A stretch of 63,661 nt of DNA, filler included, from Octopus bimaculoides (taxonomy: Eukaryota): NCBI RefSeq assembly GCF_001194135.2. It is 9 parts of 8 records of this genome, joined end to end, with 100 filler letters (N's around TTAATTAATTAA, not from the genome) between each part and the next. Parts side by side here need not be neighbours in the genome. Positions count along the whole stretch, not along the records: positions 49,184 to 52,002 come from NC_068996.1; positions 52,103 to 60,976 come from NC_068986.1; positions 61,077 to 62,477 come from NW_026391181.1; positions 62,578 to 63,661 come from NW_026422538.1; 5 more parts are not named here. One strand, written 5' to 3'. This document shows, in pieces, positions 51,909 to 63,661 of the stretch (positions within the stretch are counted from its first letter, which is position 1; each line of letters begins with the position of its first letter). Made by a program: the position numbers and the translations under genes. The notes under the pieces were generated by a model. That model had not been told where the DNA came from. It did not search any database and saw nothing but the letters and a program-made list of their open reading frames with translations.

Positions 51909-52289
51909 AGTTCTATCATTATCATTTTACTTTCCCTGTCACGATGATATATATGTATATGTGTGTGTGTTAGTATGTGTTCATATATATATATATATAT
52001 ATNNNNNNNNNNNNNNNNNNNNNNNNNNNNNNNNNNNNNNNNNNNNTTAATTAATTAANNNNNNNNNNNNNNNNNNNNNNNNNNNNNNNNNNNNNNNNNN
52101 NNCAGACTTAGCACGCCAGATTGAAGACATTTAAAAGGATACACTGAATGTAATTTGTAGAACTCTACACGTGCTCCCTTTCGGTTGGACGTCCTGTGTC
52201 TAGTTCTGGAAATTACATCGCAAATTGACAGACTACGCTGACGATCCTGCAGATATTTACTTATGTAAATTTTAACAGGTGAAACCATG

Positions 52290-52460
52290 GTACGTAGGTT
52301 AATCTTCTTTATTTAGTATTTTTTCATTTGTCTTGCCCTTTTACAGTCTGTTGTGTCGCTGAATTTTTACTGAGAACATATATTTTTTTCGTGGTTAGAT
52401 GATTCGGCATCTATTTCTAGCATATAGGAGTCCACTTTTGCTGGTCATCCCTCTTATTTT
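52290..52460. mobile_element. One end of a MITE related to 14122-14388
   Basis: ttttttcgtggttagatg..ttctagcatataggagtccacttttgctggtcatccct aligns with the right arm of the 14.1-kb element. Confidence 0.6.
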
Positions 52461-52493
52461 TGTACATATATATATATACACATATATATAGAT

Positions 52494-52600
<107 letters not shown>

Positions 52601-53628
52601 GAGAGAGTATGCAATTTACATCTAAAGAGGCATCTTTAGATATTTTGAAAACTACTTACTAAATTGGGTTAGAAAATAATCAAATTCATATCTTCAACTT
52701 GTTTTATAATTATGTTCAGAGTAATTAAAACTGATGTATAGTTTTGTCAATGTTTTACTCATATATTTAGTAAATATGAAAAATGAATTAAGATTTGATC
52801 AATGTATTTAGCTTCACTGAATGTATTTTTATCTAAAATAAAATAAAATCCTTTGGGAGTGCAGTCATATGTTAATGAATGAATTTTATATTGGAAATTC
52901 AATAACCAAATAAACGAGAAATCTAAAGAACTTTTTGAATTAGGAGAAAGAGTAGAGAGCTGGCATTAAAGCTTCCATGACAAAGAACTTTAAGAAGTTC
53001 GTTTTACAACCATGTGGTTTTGTACCATGAGCAGGTATCTTCTACCATAGCCCTGGGCTGACCAATGCCTCATGAGTGAATTTGGTGGATGTAAACTGTG
53101 AGAAAGCTCATCATATATGTGTGTGTATGTGTGTTTGTCTATCTCCCTACTTCCTGACAAGTGATGCTGGTTTGTTTGCTTCCCTGTAACTTAGTGGTTT
53201 AGCAAAAGAGACTAACAGAATAAGAAGTAGATTTGAAAATAGGTGCTGGGGGTTGATTTATTCTGCTAAAACCCTTTAATGCAGTGCCCCATCATTGCAT
53301 TAATTCAATGTGACTGTAAACAAGTAAAAGATAAAGAATTAATATTACTTATTTAAAGGCTACTCCTAGATGGAGAAATACAATGATGCTTACAAACCAT
53401 TTGTTTAGATATATGCCCAGTCATTAATGATATCCATCCCTCTTCATAAACTAACCTTAGGGTTTCTTAACTTTGACACTCTTAGTACCTTATTAAGTTG
53501 TGCCTACAGTTTCACTGTGGCTATTAGTTTGATCAAATCACTGTATCTGATGATTGACATTAAAGGTTGAATGTCTTAATTGAATAGTGACAATAGTTGG
53601 ATAGACTAAGAATTACACTTTATCATAC

Positions 53629-53760
53629 CTTCTTGGCAATTCCGTCCTTTTCTGTCTTCAGGACAAATACATACATATGACCCATGGTCTGTTGGGGTGC
53701 AGGTGCCACCACCTTGACAAGGGTTATTTATGCACATATCTTCATTTTCACAGTATTTTC
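53629..53760 (-). CDS. AGRN: Internal coding exon (132 nt, phase 1-1), second EGF-like domain of agrin-like protein
   Basis: Acceptor ctttattacttttcag, frame (G)[43 protein letters not shown], donor G|GTATGA. Six-Cys EGF spacing. LG-EGF-EGF order fits agrin LG1-EGF2-EGF3; perlecan domain V is the alternative. Confidence 0.9.
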
Positions 53761-54246
53761 CTGAAAAGTAATAAAGTATAATTAATATTAGCTTTTAATA
53801 AGGATGGTAAGAGATAGCAGAATTGGTAGAGTAACAAAGTTAATGCCATGTGGTTTTTAGTTATGTCTGTTTACGTTCTAATTTCAAAGCCTACCAAGGT
53901 CGACTTTGCCTTTTATTCTTCTGTGAGTCAATAAAATAAAGTACTAGTCAAGTACTGAGATCAGTTCAGTTAACTGTACTTTATTTTTATACCCTAGAAA
54001 ATTAAAAGGATCATGCACATATTAGAATTCAACATATTTTATTAAAGAGAAATATTAATAAGGATTTGTAAATTTTTTCAAAAAGCTGTTATTAAGCACT
54101 TAGTAGTTTCAGTTTTAAAGTTTTTTTTAGCTGATTTGAGAAGAAAATTTAAGAGAGGTGAGAAAAGGCATAACATGCAAAAATATCTATCATTATGATA
54201 AATGAACAACAGAAAACTGTTTGTGTTAAAAAGTAAAATATTTTAC

Positions 54247-54354
54247 CAATAAATCCTTCTTGACATATACATTGAACCATCACATTATCCAACATCAAAC
54301 AATTGCCTCCGTTTTTGCAAGGCATACTACTACAAGGATTATTCCCACATTCAG
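54247..54354 (-). CDS. AGRN: Internal coding exon (108 nt, phase 1-1), EGF-like domain of agrin-like protein
   Basis: Acceptor ttctcatttctttcag, frame (A)[35 protein letters not shown](G), donor G|GTAAAA. The junction [12 protein letters not shown] resembles agrin GSGVGECGDHPC after LG1. Confidence 0.9.
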
Positions 54355-54949
54355 CTGAAAGAAATGAGAATGTTTTAGTGAGTTAGTACTTGTTAGTAAT
54401 CGCTATTAGTGGCACACAACAAATGAGTGTACCCTCATTTGCTATCTATGTAAAATATAACAAGCGGGTGAGTTTGGGTTAGTAACCTATGTTAATGATA
54501 TATAAGAAAGTGTGTCTCCATTAACAATATATTTTAATATAAGTGAGTTTTGGTTAGTAATCTATATTAATGCTGTATGACAAGAGAGTGTGTCATTGTT
54601 AGCAATCTAAGTAAGTTGATGCAACAAGTGAATTTAGTCAACAAATAGTTTGTAGGTTTTCATCTTCAAAGACATGCAAAATAAGAGATCTGTTAGTTAA
54701 AAACATGTGAGGGTTAGTGACAGGAAAAGTATCTGGGTTGTAAAACATTTCCTTAATATAATAAGGTACCAGTCAAAAATAGAAGTCAATTTAATTTATT
54801 AACCACCACTCCATCCTCAAACATTTCCTACAAATTATTTGTATTATTATAGTAATGGTAGAAAATTGACTAAAGTCACATAAGCATCAGTGAGAATTGC
54901 ATATTTGTTCTGATTCTCTCTACTTCCATCCACCCATCCATCCATTTTC

Positions 54950-55900
54950 TGCACCCACTATACTTGGAAGGGTTGTGGAGGTAGAGCCCTCAGACATTTC
55001 CTCCATTGGGGCCTATCAGAAGCAACCATCATTAGATTTTCTGGCCGGATTTCCAAGCAAGACCAAATGAGACTATGGATATTATCCAACTGTCTTGTTC
55101 TTGGTCTACCCCTAGGTCGTCTGCTGATTGGCTTGCCTTGAAGAATCTGTCTTGTGACTTTCTCCTGTGACATTCTAATCACATCCTTGTAGTACCAGAG
55201 CTGTGACCCCTCAAGAAGTAGCGTGACCTGGAGAGTCTTTCTGATCACCAAGATAAGCACCCTGTCAAGTAATATTACTCAAGAGACCCTTAGGTCTCTT
55301 TCAGCTGCTTGCATTTTCGATCATATGCTTTTGATTATTATCCAACATTTATGACCATAGGTGAGGATAGACATAAAAACCCAATTTAAGATAGCAAATT
55401 TAGTTTCATTTTTTTTTTTGTCAACTTCTTCTCTTCTGATGATCGAGCGCTGCAGCTGGTGCATTATTGTGGTAGGACTTGCAATTCTAGAATCCAATTC
55501 AGCCTCCTGCCTTCCACCACTTGTCAATATGGCTCAATATACTTCAACTTCTCTACTTGTCTCAGTGATGTTCCACTAACATACAGAGTGTACTGGGAAG
55601 ACTTTCTACAGAGGGCCAATGTCTCAATCTTCACAACACTAATTCTCATTCCTGCCTTGCAGCTCTTGACAGCAGACCCCTTCTGATCATATTCTAATGA
55701 GCCAAGTAACACCATATTGTCTGCAAATATCAGCCAACTGATCCTACTTCCACTGATTGTGATATCACTTCCACAGTGTCAATCCAGTTCATAAAATTTA
55801 TTAAAAGAGGAGGTGACAATATGCACCCCTGCCTTTATACTTTGAGTTCAAATTGTTAAAGACAACTTTGCTTTTTATCCTATACAGAAGGATTGAACTT
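54950..55900 (-). mobile_element. RTE-clade LINE, second family, RT end to 3' end
   Basis: ILTYGHKCW, RRPRGRPRTRQLD and ASDRPQWRKCL motifs. Confidence 0.7.
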
Positions 55901-56416
55901 AAGGCCTCATGCTTATGAAGTAAACTTTTTAACCATTCATCCATGCCTGCATTCTATATATAAATATATACTTATATACTTTGTAACTTTGTAGAGCTAG
56001 GGTGGTAGAAGTTTTTTTGTGCTTGCAATAAATATCAAGAGCAAAAGCACACTGAATTACTAGCTGGAGGAGATGTCTTCCTGGGGTTAAAAAAGAAGTA
56101 TCATCAGTTCTTAGAGATCACCCACATTAAAGTGGTAATAAGCACTACTTTTTGGTTCATATACTGCTTCTGTCTGAAACATCCTTTTCATCCAGGGTAG
56201 TGGACTGCTGGAATTGTTAGAGCATCAGGTGTCATGCCTTCTGGTATCTGTTCCAGCGTTTTACACTTTGAGTTAAAAATACCACCACCTATCACCAGTC
56301 CCCTCATAGTAATATACAAGGTTAATGCATAGACCTCCAATGTCAGTCACAGTGACTTGAGCAACTTCTCAGTTGTATTGAAGCAAGATAAAGAGTGAAC
56401 CTTGTATCAAATATGA

Positions 56417-57266
56417 TATGAAGTGGTATCAAAAAGATCCCAGACTAGTTCAATAGTGTGCCAACAGGTGGCAGCACATGGTTGTGTGCAAAGTGAGAGC
56501 TATCAGTGACCATCATGAGGAAGTTTGCTGAGCGACGTTACTGTGTTGTGAATTTGTGTTTTTGTGATCACGTGTATGTTGTAGTCTGTTATTTTTGTCA
56601 TGAACAGGAAGAAAGAACCACCGTGAAAATTTGAATTAAACTTGGGAGGTCTGCTACAGAGACATTGAGCATGCTTTGGCAAGCTTGCAGCGATGAGGCA
56701 AAGGGTTGTACGCAATGTTTTGAGTGGCATGGGTGCTTCAAAAGAGGAAGAACGTCCTTAGAAGATGATGAGCACTCTGGAAGACCTGCCACAAGCGTCA
56801 GCCCTGGAAATGTGGCATTGTGCATCAAGAATTTGTCCTCAGGTCCAGACTGTCAATCAAGAGTTCTACTGCAATGTATTGAGATGTTTGAAGGAAGACT
56901 GGATCCGTGGAGCATGAAAAATTGGTTTCATCACAATGACAATGCACCCTGTCACCAAGCTCTCCTCAGTTGTGAGTCTCTTACCAAAAACAACATGGTA
57001 TCACTTTTGCACCTGCCTTATTTGCCAGATTTAGCACCTGTGTTTTTCCATCTCCTCCAAGGGGAAAATGCAGCTCAGACGTCATCCAGAGTCAATCACA
57101 GAAGGTCATCAACTTACTTACAAAAATGACATCTAGGTTGGATTCAAAAAGTGGTGTATTGCTGTGCAAGGTGTCTATCGCAAAGGAGATGATGTTAAAA
57201 TTTAAGGAGATAAGTTATTTTTTATTAAACATAACTAGTCCAGGAAATTTTTGATACCACCTTGTA
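56417..57266 (+). mobile_element. Internally deleted mariner (850 bp) with TIRs
   Basis: TIRs tatgaagtggtatcaaaaagatcccagactagtt and aactagtccaggaaatttttgataccaccttgta; FKRGRTSLEDDEHSGRP, HHNDNAPCH, HLPYLPDLAP. Confidence 0.85.
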
Positions 57267-57289
57267 AATAGTAGAAAATGGCTGTATAG

Positions 57290-57494
57290 TTAACATGTTT
57301 GCTTCATGACCTCACTATTGTCAATGACATGAAAAAGCACCCAGTATATTCTATAAATTGATTGGCATCGGGAAAGGCGTCCAACCATATAAATCATGTC
57401 AAAGTATGTATTGGAGATTGACAGTCTTCTGACCAGTGAAATCCTGTCAAGTCATTCAATCCAAGCTAGCATAGAAGAAAGATGTTAAATGATA

Positions 57495-57529
<35 letters not shown>

Positions 57530-57558
57530 GAAGATGATGATAATGATGATGATGCAAG

Positions 57559-57595
<37 letters not shown>
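57290..57595 (+). mobile_element. Old RTE 3' end with expanded (GAT)n tail
   Basis: gatgttaaatgataatgatgat followed by a long (GAT)n run. Confidence 0.6.
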
Positions 57596-58168
57596 AAAGT
57601 TGCAAGCTATTGCATGGTTAGATTAATTTCTTTTTTTCATTTCTGAGAAAGTACTAAATTTTTGTAAAAATTTAATTTGAAATTTCTAACAATGTGTTCA
57701 ACACAGCACTCATTTTGACTGTTGCTACCCACTCCTATATTCCCTGTCACATTCACTTATACTAACTGCATAACTAATGTCATCACTATCTGCATTGCAT
57801 TGTGTGTTCATGCCGTTGTTGCTATTACCCCATCTCTACATCAGTATCATTGCCACCCCTATCATTGTCATCAGCATCATCATCATCATTATGTACCTAT
57901 GCTGTTACTAACATAAACTGTCCCCACACCACCCCACCCCTACTATCATTGCTGCTACAACCACCACTGCCACCATCATGATCATGATCATCAAATTACC
58001 CATGGATTTTGATGAAACTGTTGTTGTAACCATCCAAGTGTTCTTCCTGGCAATAACACAAACATTCACCATAGACACAACAGCAACTGTTGCCATGATC
58101 ATGACCAATGCAAACCATCTTGCCTTAAAATCACTGCTGTGCTTTTTAGAGCAGTAGGTGGTTTGAAA

Positions 58169-58209
<41 letters not shown>

Positions 58210-58759
58210 ATCCACTAACACATATATCTTAGCACAGGCATCAGGATAACTGTTGCTATCATCAAAAACTCATTGTTACTGATATCACTCACTATTTTAA
58301 ATGTTTGCTATAACAACAGTTTCCATGCCCATCACTGCCACCACCACATTTTGTATCCACCACTGTTGCTTCTCCTAACTACCACTGCTAACTACTTCAT
58401 CACAATAATTGCCATCTACAGCCAACCAGATATTGTCAGCAAAATAAAAATCTGATTGATAAAAGAACAAGTTGCAGGCTATACCAGGTCAGCCACTATT
58501 GGAACAAACCTATAATCAATGACAATCTAGCCATCACCAACCTATCTTTCCTGAAATAATTTATCTCATACTATACACACTACAGGTACAAGTATGGCTG
58601 TGTGGTTAGAAGTTTTCTTCACAATCATGTGGTTTTTAGGTTCAGTCCCACAATGCAGTGCCTTGCACAAGTATATCCTATTATAGCACCAGACGAACCA
58701 AAGTATTTGCCTTATAAGGGAATTTGGTAGATGGAAACTGTGTTGAAGCCTACTGTTTA

Positions 58760-59830
58760 TACATATACTGAGGAGATGTGAAGGCTTGAAAGGCATGAAA
58801 CCAGCATGACCTGCCTGATGGGTAATGTCAGTGAGCATCTACAACAAAGTGTAAGAGATTTGAGAGAAAAATTGGGTATACTGGGCATCAGATGGAGTGT
58901 ACAAGTATGGTCATGTGGTGCATATGGATGAGAATATATTTTGTTGTTGGCACTCCATCGCTTACGACGTCGAGGGTTCCAGTCGATCCGATCAACGGAA
59001 CAGCCTGCTCATGAAATTAACGTGAAAGTGGCTGAGCACTCCACAGACACGTGTACCCTTAATGTAGTTCTCGGGGATATTCAGCGTGATACAGTGTGTG
59101 ACAAGGTTGACCCTTTGAATTACAGGCACAACAGAAACAGGAAGTAAGAGTGAGAGAAAGTTGTGGTGAAAGAGTACAGCAGGGTTCGCCACCATCCCCC
59201 ATGCCAGAGCCTCGTGGAGCTTTAGGTGTTTTCGCTTAATAAACACTCATAACGCCCGGTCTGGGAATAAAAACCGTGATCCTATCATCGCGAGTCCGCT
59301 GCCCTAACCACTGGGCCATTGCGCCTCCATGGATGAGAATAACTGCATCAGGAAGTGCCGATCTCTAACTGTGGAGGGAATGTGTGGAAAGAGTAGACCG
59401 AGGAAGACGCGGGACAAAGTGGTGAGAAAGGAACTTCAGATGCTGGGCCTCAGAGAGGAGATGATAAGGGACTGACACTTATGGCACTCTGCTGTGCTTG
59501 AGAAGACATAAAATCATGGTCATCCATATACACAGGCATGTCCTCTATATCCCTCTCTCAGCTGAGTGATCCTATGCTTGAGGGCTTGTGGGTGCTGGGG
59601 GCCATGTAAAAGCACCCATGCTGATGCTACATAAAAGTGCCTGTGCTGGTTCCACATAAAAACACTTATGCTAGTGTCACATTGAAGGGCCCATGTCAGT
59701 GTGTTGTTAAAAGCACTAGAAACCCTACCAAACAGACATAGAGGCTGTGCAGCTCTTCAGCTTTCCAGCTCCTGTCGAACTGTCCGACCCATAGCAGCAT
59801 GGAGAACATGTTTGATGATGATGATGATGA
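58760..59830 (+). mobile_element. RTE LINE 3' part interrupted by a SINE
   Basis: YGHVVHMDE|NNCIRKCRSLTVEG..RPRKT continues across the insertion; (GAT)n tail at about 59815. Confidence 0.75.
58937..59328 (-). mobile_element. Full-length family-A SINE with 13-bp target-site duplication
   Basis: TSD ATGGATGAGAATA at 58924-58936 and 59329-59341; tRNA-like head ggaggcgcaatggcccagtggttagggcagcggactcgcg. Confidence 0.9.
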
Positions 59831-60282
59831 TAATGAGGATGATGATGATAGTGTGTGTGAGTGTGTGTGTTTGAGTGTGTGTGTGTGTGTGTGTGTCTGA
59901 GTGTGTGTAGGCGTTTGTGTTTGATTTTCACTACTTGGCAACCAGTGTGATTTGTTTACACCTCCAAAACACAGCAGTTTGGCTAAAAGAGACTGACAGG
60001 GTAAATAGCAGGCTAAAAATAGGTTGATTTGTACAATAAAATCCTTGAAGGCAGTGCTCCAGCATGACCTCAGTCTGATGACTAAAACAAGTAAATGATA
60101 AAAGAATGAAAGAATATTATTCAATGTGTCGTTCCATTTCTATAAGATTTATTTTTGTTTGATTTTCTGAAGGATTTGATTTGCAAGATTTCACTGTTAT
60201 TTGTAACAGATCAAGCACCCCCATAAAGGCTTCCCTACCCTGTTAGCTGCTGAGGGTTTAAATTGATGTAGAAGCTACAAAC

Positions 60283-60422
60283 CTATATCTACTCCATCAA
60301 TAACATCACTGAGTTCATCAGGATATGCCAGTCGGTAGGTGTAAGGGCTCTGTCGTTTTCCAGCAATTACCTTCCGAATGCAGCCAACTAGACCAACTTC
60401 GACATCAATGCGACTTTTAACC
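60283..60422 (-). CDS. AGRN: Internal coding exon (140 nt), C-terminal end of a laminin-G domain (LG1) of an agrin-like protein
   Basis: Minus strand: pyrimidine tract tttctttttataaactttccatacag as acceptor, open frame VKSRIDVEVGLVGCIRKVIAGKRQSPYTYRLAYPDELSDVIDGVDI, donor G|GTTTGT. GLVGCIRK matches the LG-domain G(F/L)xGCI motif. Splices in phase 1 to the 54247-54354 exon. Confidence 0.85.
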
Positions 60423-60830
60423 CTGTATGGAAAGTTTATAAAAAGAAATTAAATATGATAATAATAAGGGAAAAAACATTTAGCAACAAAAAAATACAAC
60501 TTTAATTCTAAAATACATTCATGACACCAAACAAAAAAAATGAGCCAAAGTGTAATGTAAGTGAATTTTTGGGTATGTAGCTGTTGCTGATGTTGTTTAG
60601 CCCACAGTAGAATTAAGATTGAGAAGAGCTTTGATCGAAAGTATTAAAACAAATTCATCACATCTTTTTTCTTTTTACAATTATGGCTACATGGTTACAG
60701 TAGTTTGCTTCCTAACAACATGGTTTCAGGTTCAGCCTCACTGCACCATGGTCAAGTTATTTCTACAATAGCCCCAGACCAACCAAAGCATTGTGAGTGT
60801 ATTAGTTTATGGAAACTAAAAGAAAACTGT

Positions 60831-60873
<43 letters not shown>

Positions 60874-61334
60874 GCAAAAATATGTGACACTTATTCAGTA
60901 GCCATGATAAAACTCCGAGTTTCGGATGCCAGTGTGTTGTTTAGCCCACAGTAGAATTAAGATTGAGAAGATATATNNNNNNNNNNNNNNNNNNNNNNNN
61001 NNNNNNNNNNNNNNNNNNNNTTAATTAATTAANNNNNNNNNNNNNNNNNNNNNNNNNNNNNNNNNNNNNNNNNNNNCTTTTGACAGCATGTGGCTATTGC
61101 AGTAGACTCTTGTCCAAGGTGCTAAATATTTTTGGGTTCATACTAGAGTCAGATGTTACATCCTCTAGTCTCTATGACTGTTGAATTTATAAAAAATGGA
61201 TTTTCCCATGGTGTGGCTTATTATCTTGGCTGGAGACTTCATCACTTTTGGAAGTAAAATGTTACACCTATATTTTCTCTCATTGCATTTGTTTTACCTT
61301 TGAATGAATGAATCATCCATTGGGTGTTGCTTGT

Positions 61335-61590
61335 AGATGATAGATGCGCCCTTTTAAAGCCTAGCCAGGCTCATGGGCCCGGTTTCCCGGTTTCCATGGC
61401 GTATGTATTCACCAGCTGGATGGGACGCCAGTCCATCGCAACGTTACTCATTTTTGCCAGCTGAGTGGACTGGAGTAACGTGAAATGAAGTGTTTTGCTC
61501 AAGAACACAATGTGTCGCCCGATCCAGGAATCGAAACCACAATCTTACGATCATGGTGCTGACACTCTAACCACTAGGCCACGCGCCTCC
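61335..61590 (-). mobile_element. Family-C SINE with 14-bp target-site duplication
   Basis: TSD TGGGTGTTGCTTGT at 61321-61334 and 61592-61605; A and B boxes present. Confidence 0.9.
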
Positions 61591-62186
61591 ATGGGTGTTG
61601 CTTGTTCAAAAGATATATTTTTTATGATTTCACTGTCATTATTGTCATCATTATTGTTATTTTCTTATCTGCATCATCATTGGTGTAATCTTTATCTTTT
61701 ATCTTTTACTTGTTTCAGTCATTAGACTGTGGCCATGCTGGGGCACCACCTTAAAGAATTTTAGTTCAACAAATCAACCTCAGTACTTATATTTTTTTTA
61801 AAGTCTGGTATTAATTCTATCGTTCATTTTTTGCTGAGTCACTAAGTTACAGGGATGTAAACACACCAACACCAGTTGTCAAGCAGTGGTGGGGGACAAA
61901 TACAGGCACAAAAACACACTCATATATTTATACATGGCAAGCTTCTTTCAGTTTCCCTCTACATAATCTCACAAAATTTGGTCAGCCTGAGTCTATAGTA
62001 GAAGATACTTGCCCTAGATGCCACACGGTGGGATTGAACTAAGAACCATGTGGTTGTGAAGCAAACTTCTTACCACACAGCTACAACTGATCTCAATAAT
62101 GCCTTCTTTGTTATTGCCACAAGGGTAGTGAATGAGGGAATGTTACAGAAGCAGGCTGCAAAAATATACAGATTTACAATAATAAC

Positions 62187-62400
62187 TTTTCTATTATAGA
62201 CACAAGGCTTGAAATTTAGGGGATGGGGGAATCGTCAATTACATCGACTCCAGTACTCAACTGGTATTTATTTTGTCAACCCTGAAAGAATAAAAGGCAA
62301 AGTCAACCTTGGGAAAATTTGAACTCAAAGCGAGAAGACGGATGAAATACTGCCAAGCATTTCCCCCGGCATGCTAACGATTCTGCTAGTTCACTGCCTT
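62187..62400 (-). mobile_element. Family-B SINE with 18-bp target-site duplication
   Basis: TSD CAGATTTACAATAATAAC at 62169-62186 and 62401-62418. Confidence 0.9.
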
Positions 62401-62577
62401 CAGATTTACAATAATAACAAACAACTCACATTTAAACCTTGGGAGAGGCATTATGCCGGTAATAAACACATGCACTGNNNNNNNNNNNNNNNNNNNNNNN
62501 NNNNNNNNNNNNNNNNNNNNNTTAATTAATTAANNNNNNNNNNNNNNNNNNNNNNNNNNNNNNNNNNNNNNNNNNNN

Positions 62578-62745
62578 GGTTCCTAAACTTGAAAAATGGG
62601 TGCCTCATGAATTGTCTGAAAGCAACTACAAATCCCAAGTTGACATCTGCTCTTCTCTCCATTTTCGCAAACTCATTTCACCCTTTTTGGATAAACTTGT
62701 GAGTGGTGATGAAAAATGGATCTATCGAAATGTAAGGCGACGCTG
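62578..62745 (+). mobile_element. Mariner transposase fragment
   Basis: WVPHELS and PFLDKLVSGDEKWIY. Confidence 0.75.
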
Positions 62746-63600
62746 TTAACGATCACGCTCAAATGGTACTATTTATGTTCAACTGGCACGGAAGCCAGAC
62801 CACTTGTCTGGCAATGATTACGCTCAGATGATGCTGTTAGTGCTTCACTGGCACAGGTACCAGTCATCGAGTATGGTTCAATTACGATTTCGATTTCACT
62901 TGCCCCAAAAGGTCTTCGCAAGCAGAGTTTAGTGTCCAATGAAGGAGAGGTTGGCATGGGTGTCGGTCGTCGAATTTGGTTCGATTTCGATTTCACTTGC
63001 CTCAACAGGTCTTTGCAAGCAGAGTTTAGTGTCCAATGAAGTAAAGATACGAATAAGTGAGCTGGCTATAGTCCTAGAAGAGGCCACGGATTATGGTCTC
63101 ATTTGGCTTCCCGGGTCTTCTCATGCACTGCATATTTTCAAAGGTCTCGGTCACTAGTCATTACCTTGATGAGGCCTAATGTTCAAAGGTCGTGCTTCAC
63201 CACCTCATCCCAGATCTTCCTGAGTCTACCTCTTCTACAGGTTCCCTCAACCACTAGGGTGTGGCACTTTTCCACACAGCTATCCTCATCCATTCTTGCA
63301 ACATGACCATACCAGCGCAATCGTCTCTCTTGCACACCACAACTGATGCGTCTTAGGTTCAACTTTTCTCTCAAGGTACTTACACTCTGTCGAGTATGCA
63401 CACTGACATTACACATCCATCGGAGCATACTGGCTTCATTTCTTGTGAGCTTACGCATGTACTCAGCAGTCATGGCCCATATTTCACTGCCATGTAGCAT
63501 GGCTGTTCGTACACATGTGTCATACAGTCTGTCTTTTACTCTGAGCGAGAGGCCCATTGTCACCAGCAGAGGTAAGAGCTCTCTGAATTTTGCCCTATAC
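62746..63600 (-). mobile_element. RTE LINE 3' half
   Basis: ORF 63183-63647 LYDTCVRTAMLHGSEIW..RLRWYGHVARMDE..RLRKIWDEVVKHDL. Confidence 0.85.
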
Positions 63601-63661
63601 ATAATATATATACATATATATATTACTCTTTTACTTGTTTCAGTCATTTGACTGCGGCCAT

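Noticed and set aside
52279-52346. Plus-strand micro-exon ag|GTGAAACCATG|gtacgt as a start exon
   Set aside because: The adjacent sequence is homologous to the 14.1-kb MITE, and the nearest acceptor gives MSVVSLNFY*, with no continuing frame.
57700-58480. His/Thr/Val-rich ORFs
   Set aside because: Cryptic (CAT/CAC) simple-repeat decay within an agrin intron.

Overview
Repeat-dominated, AT-rich eukaryotic genomic DNA from a gapped draft scaffold. The repeat content (RTE LINEs with (GAT)n tails, tRNA-derived SINEs, dense (AT)n/(ACAT)n) suggests a coleoid cephalopod, probably Octopus; this is inference, not a database result. It has many N gaps, eight carrying an artificial TTAATTAATTAA linker. 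The only host coding sequence I can support is three spliced minus-strand exons missed by the ORF track (60283-60422, 54247-54354, 53629-53760). They join in frame to give the end of a laminin-G domain plus two EGF domains, the LG1-EGF-EGF segment of agrin or an agrin-like proteoglycan. I could not find the expected downstream LG2/EGF/LG3 exons. The rest is mostly decayed mobile DNA: RTE, L1/Tx1, R4/Dong, CR1/L2 and Penelope retroelements, five mariner copies, a hAT remnant, several SINE families and MITE-like palindromes. Best leads: two type I hammerhead ribozymes in inverted Penelope terminal repeats (44972-45077 minus, 47521-47625 plus); a 286-bp foldback with degenerate hammerhead-like cores; a head-to-tail SINE array in (TAA)n, with (TAA)n-flanked R4/Dong elements about 10 kb away; an Hsmar1-like mariner; and two YY1-motif candidate promoters. 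No prokaryotic-type system (CRISPR, operon) is present.
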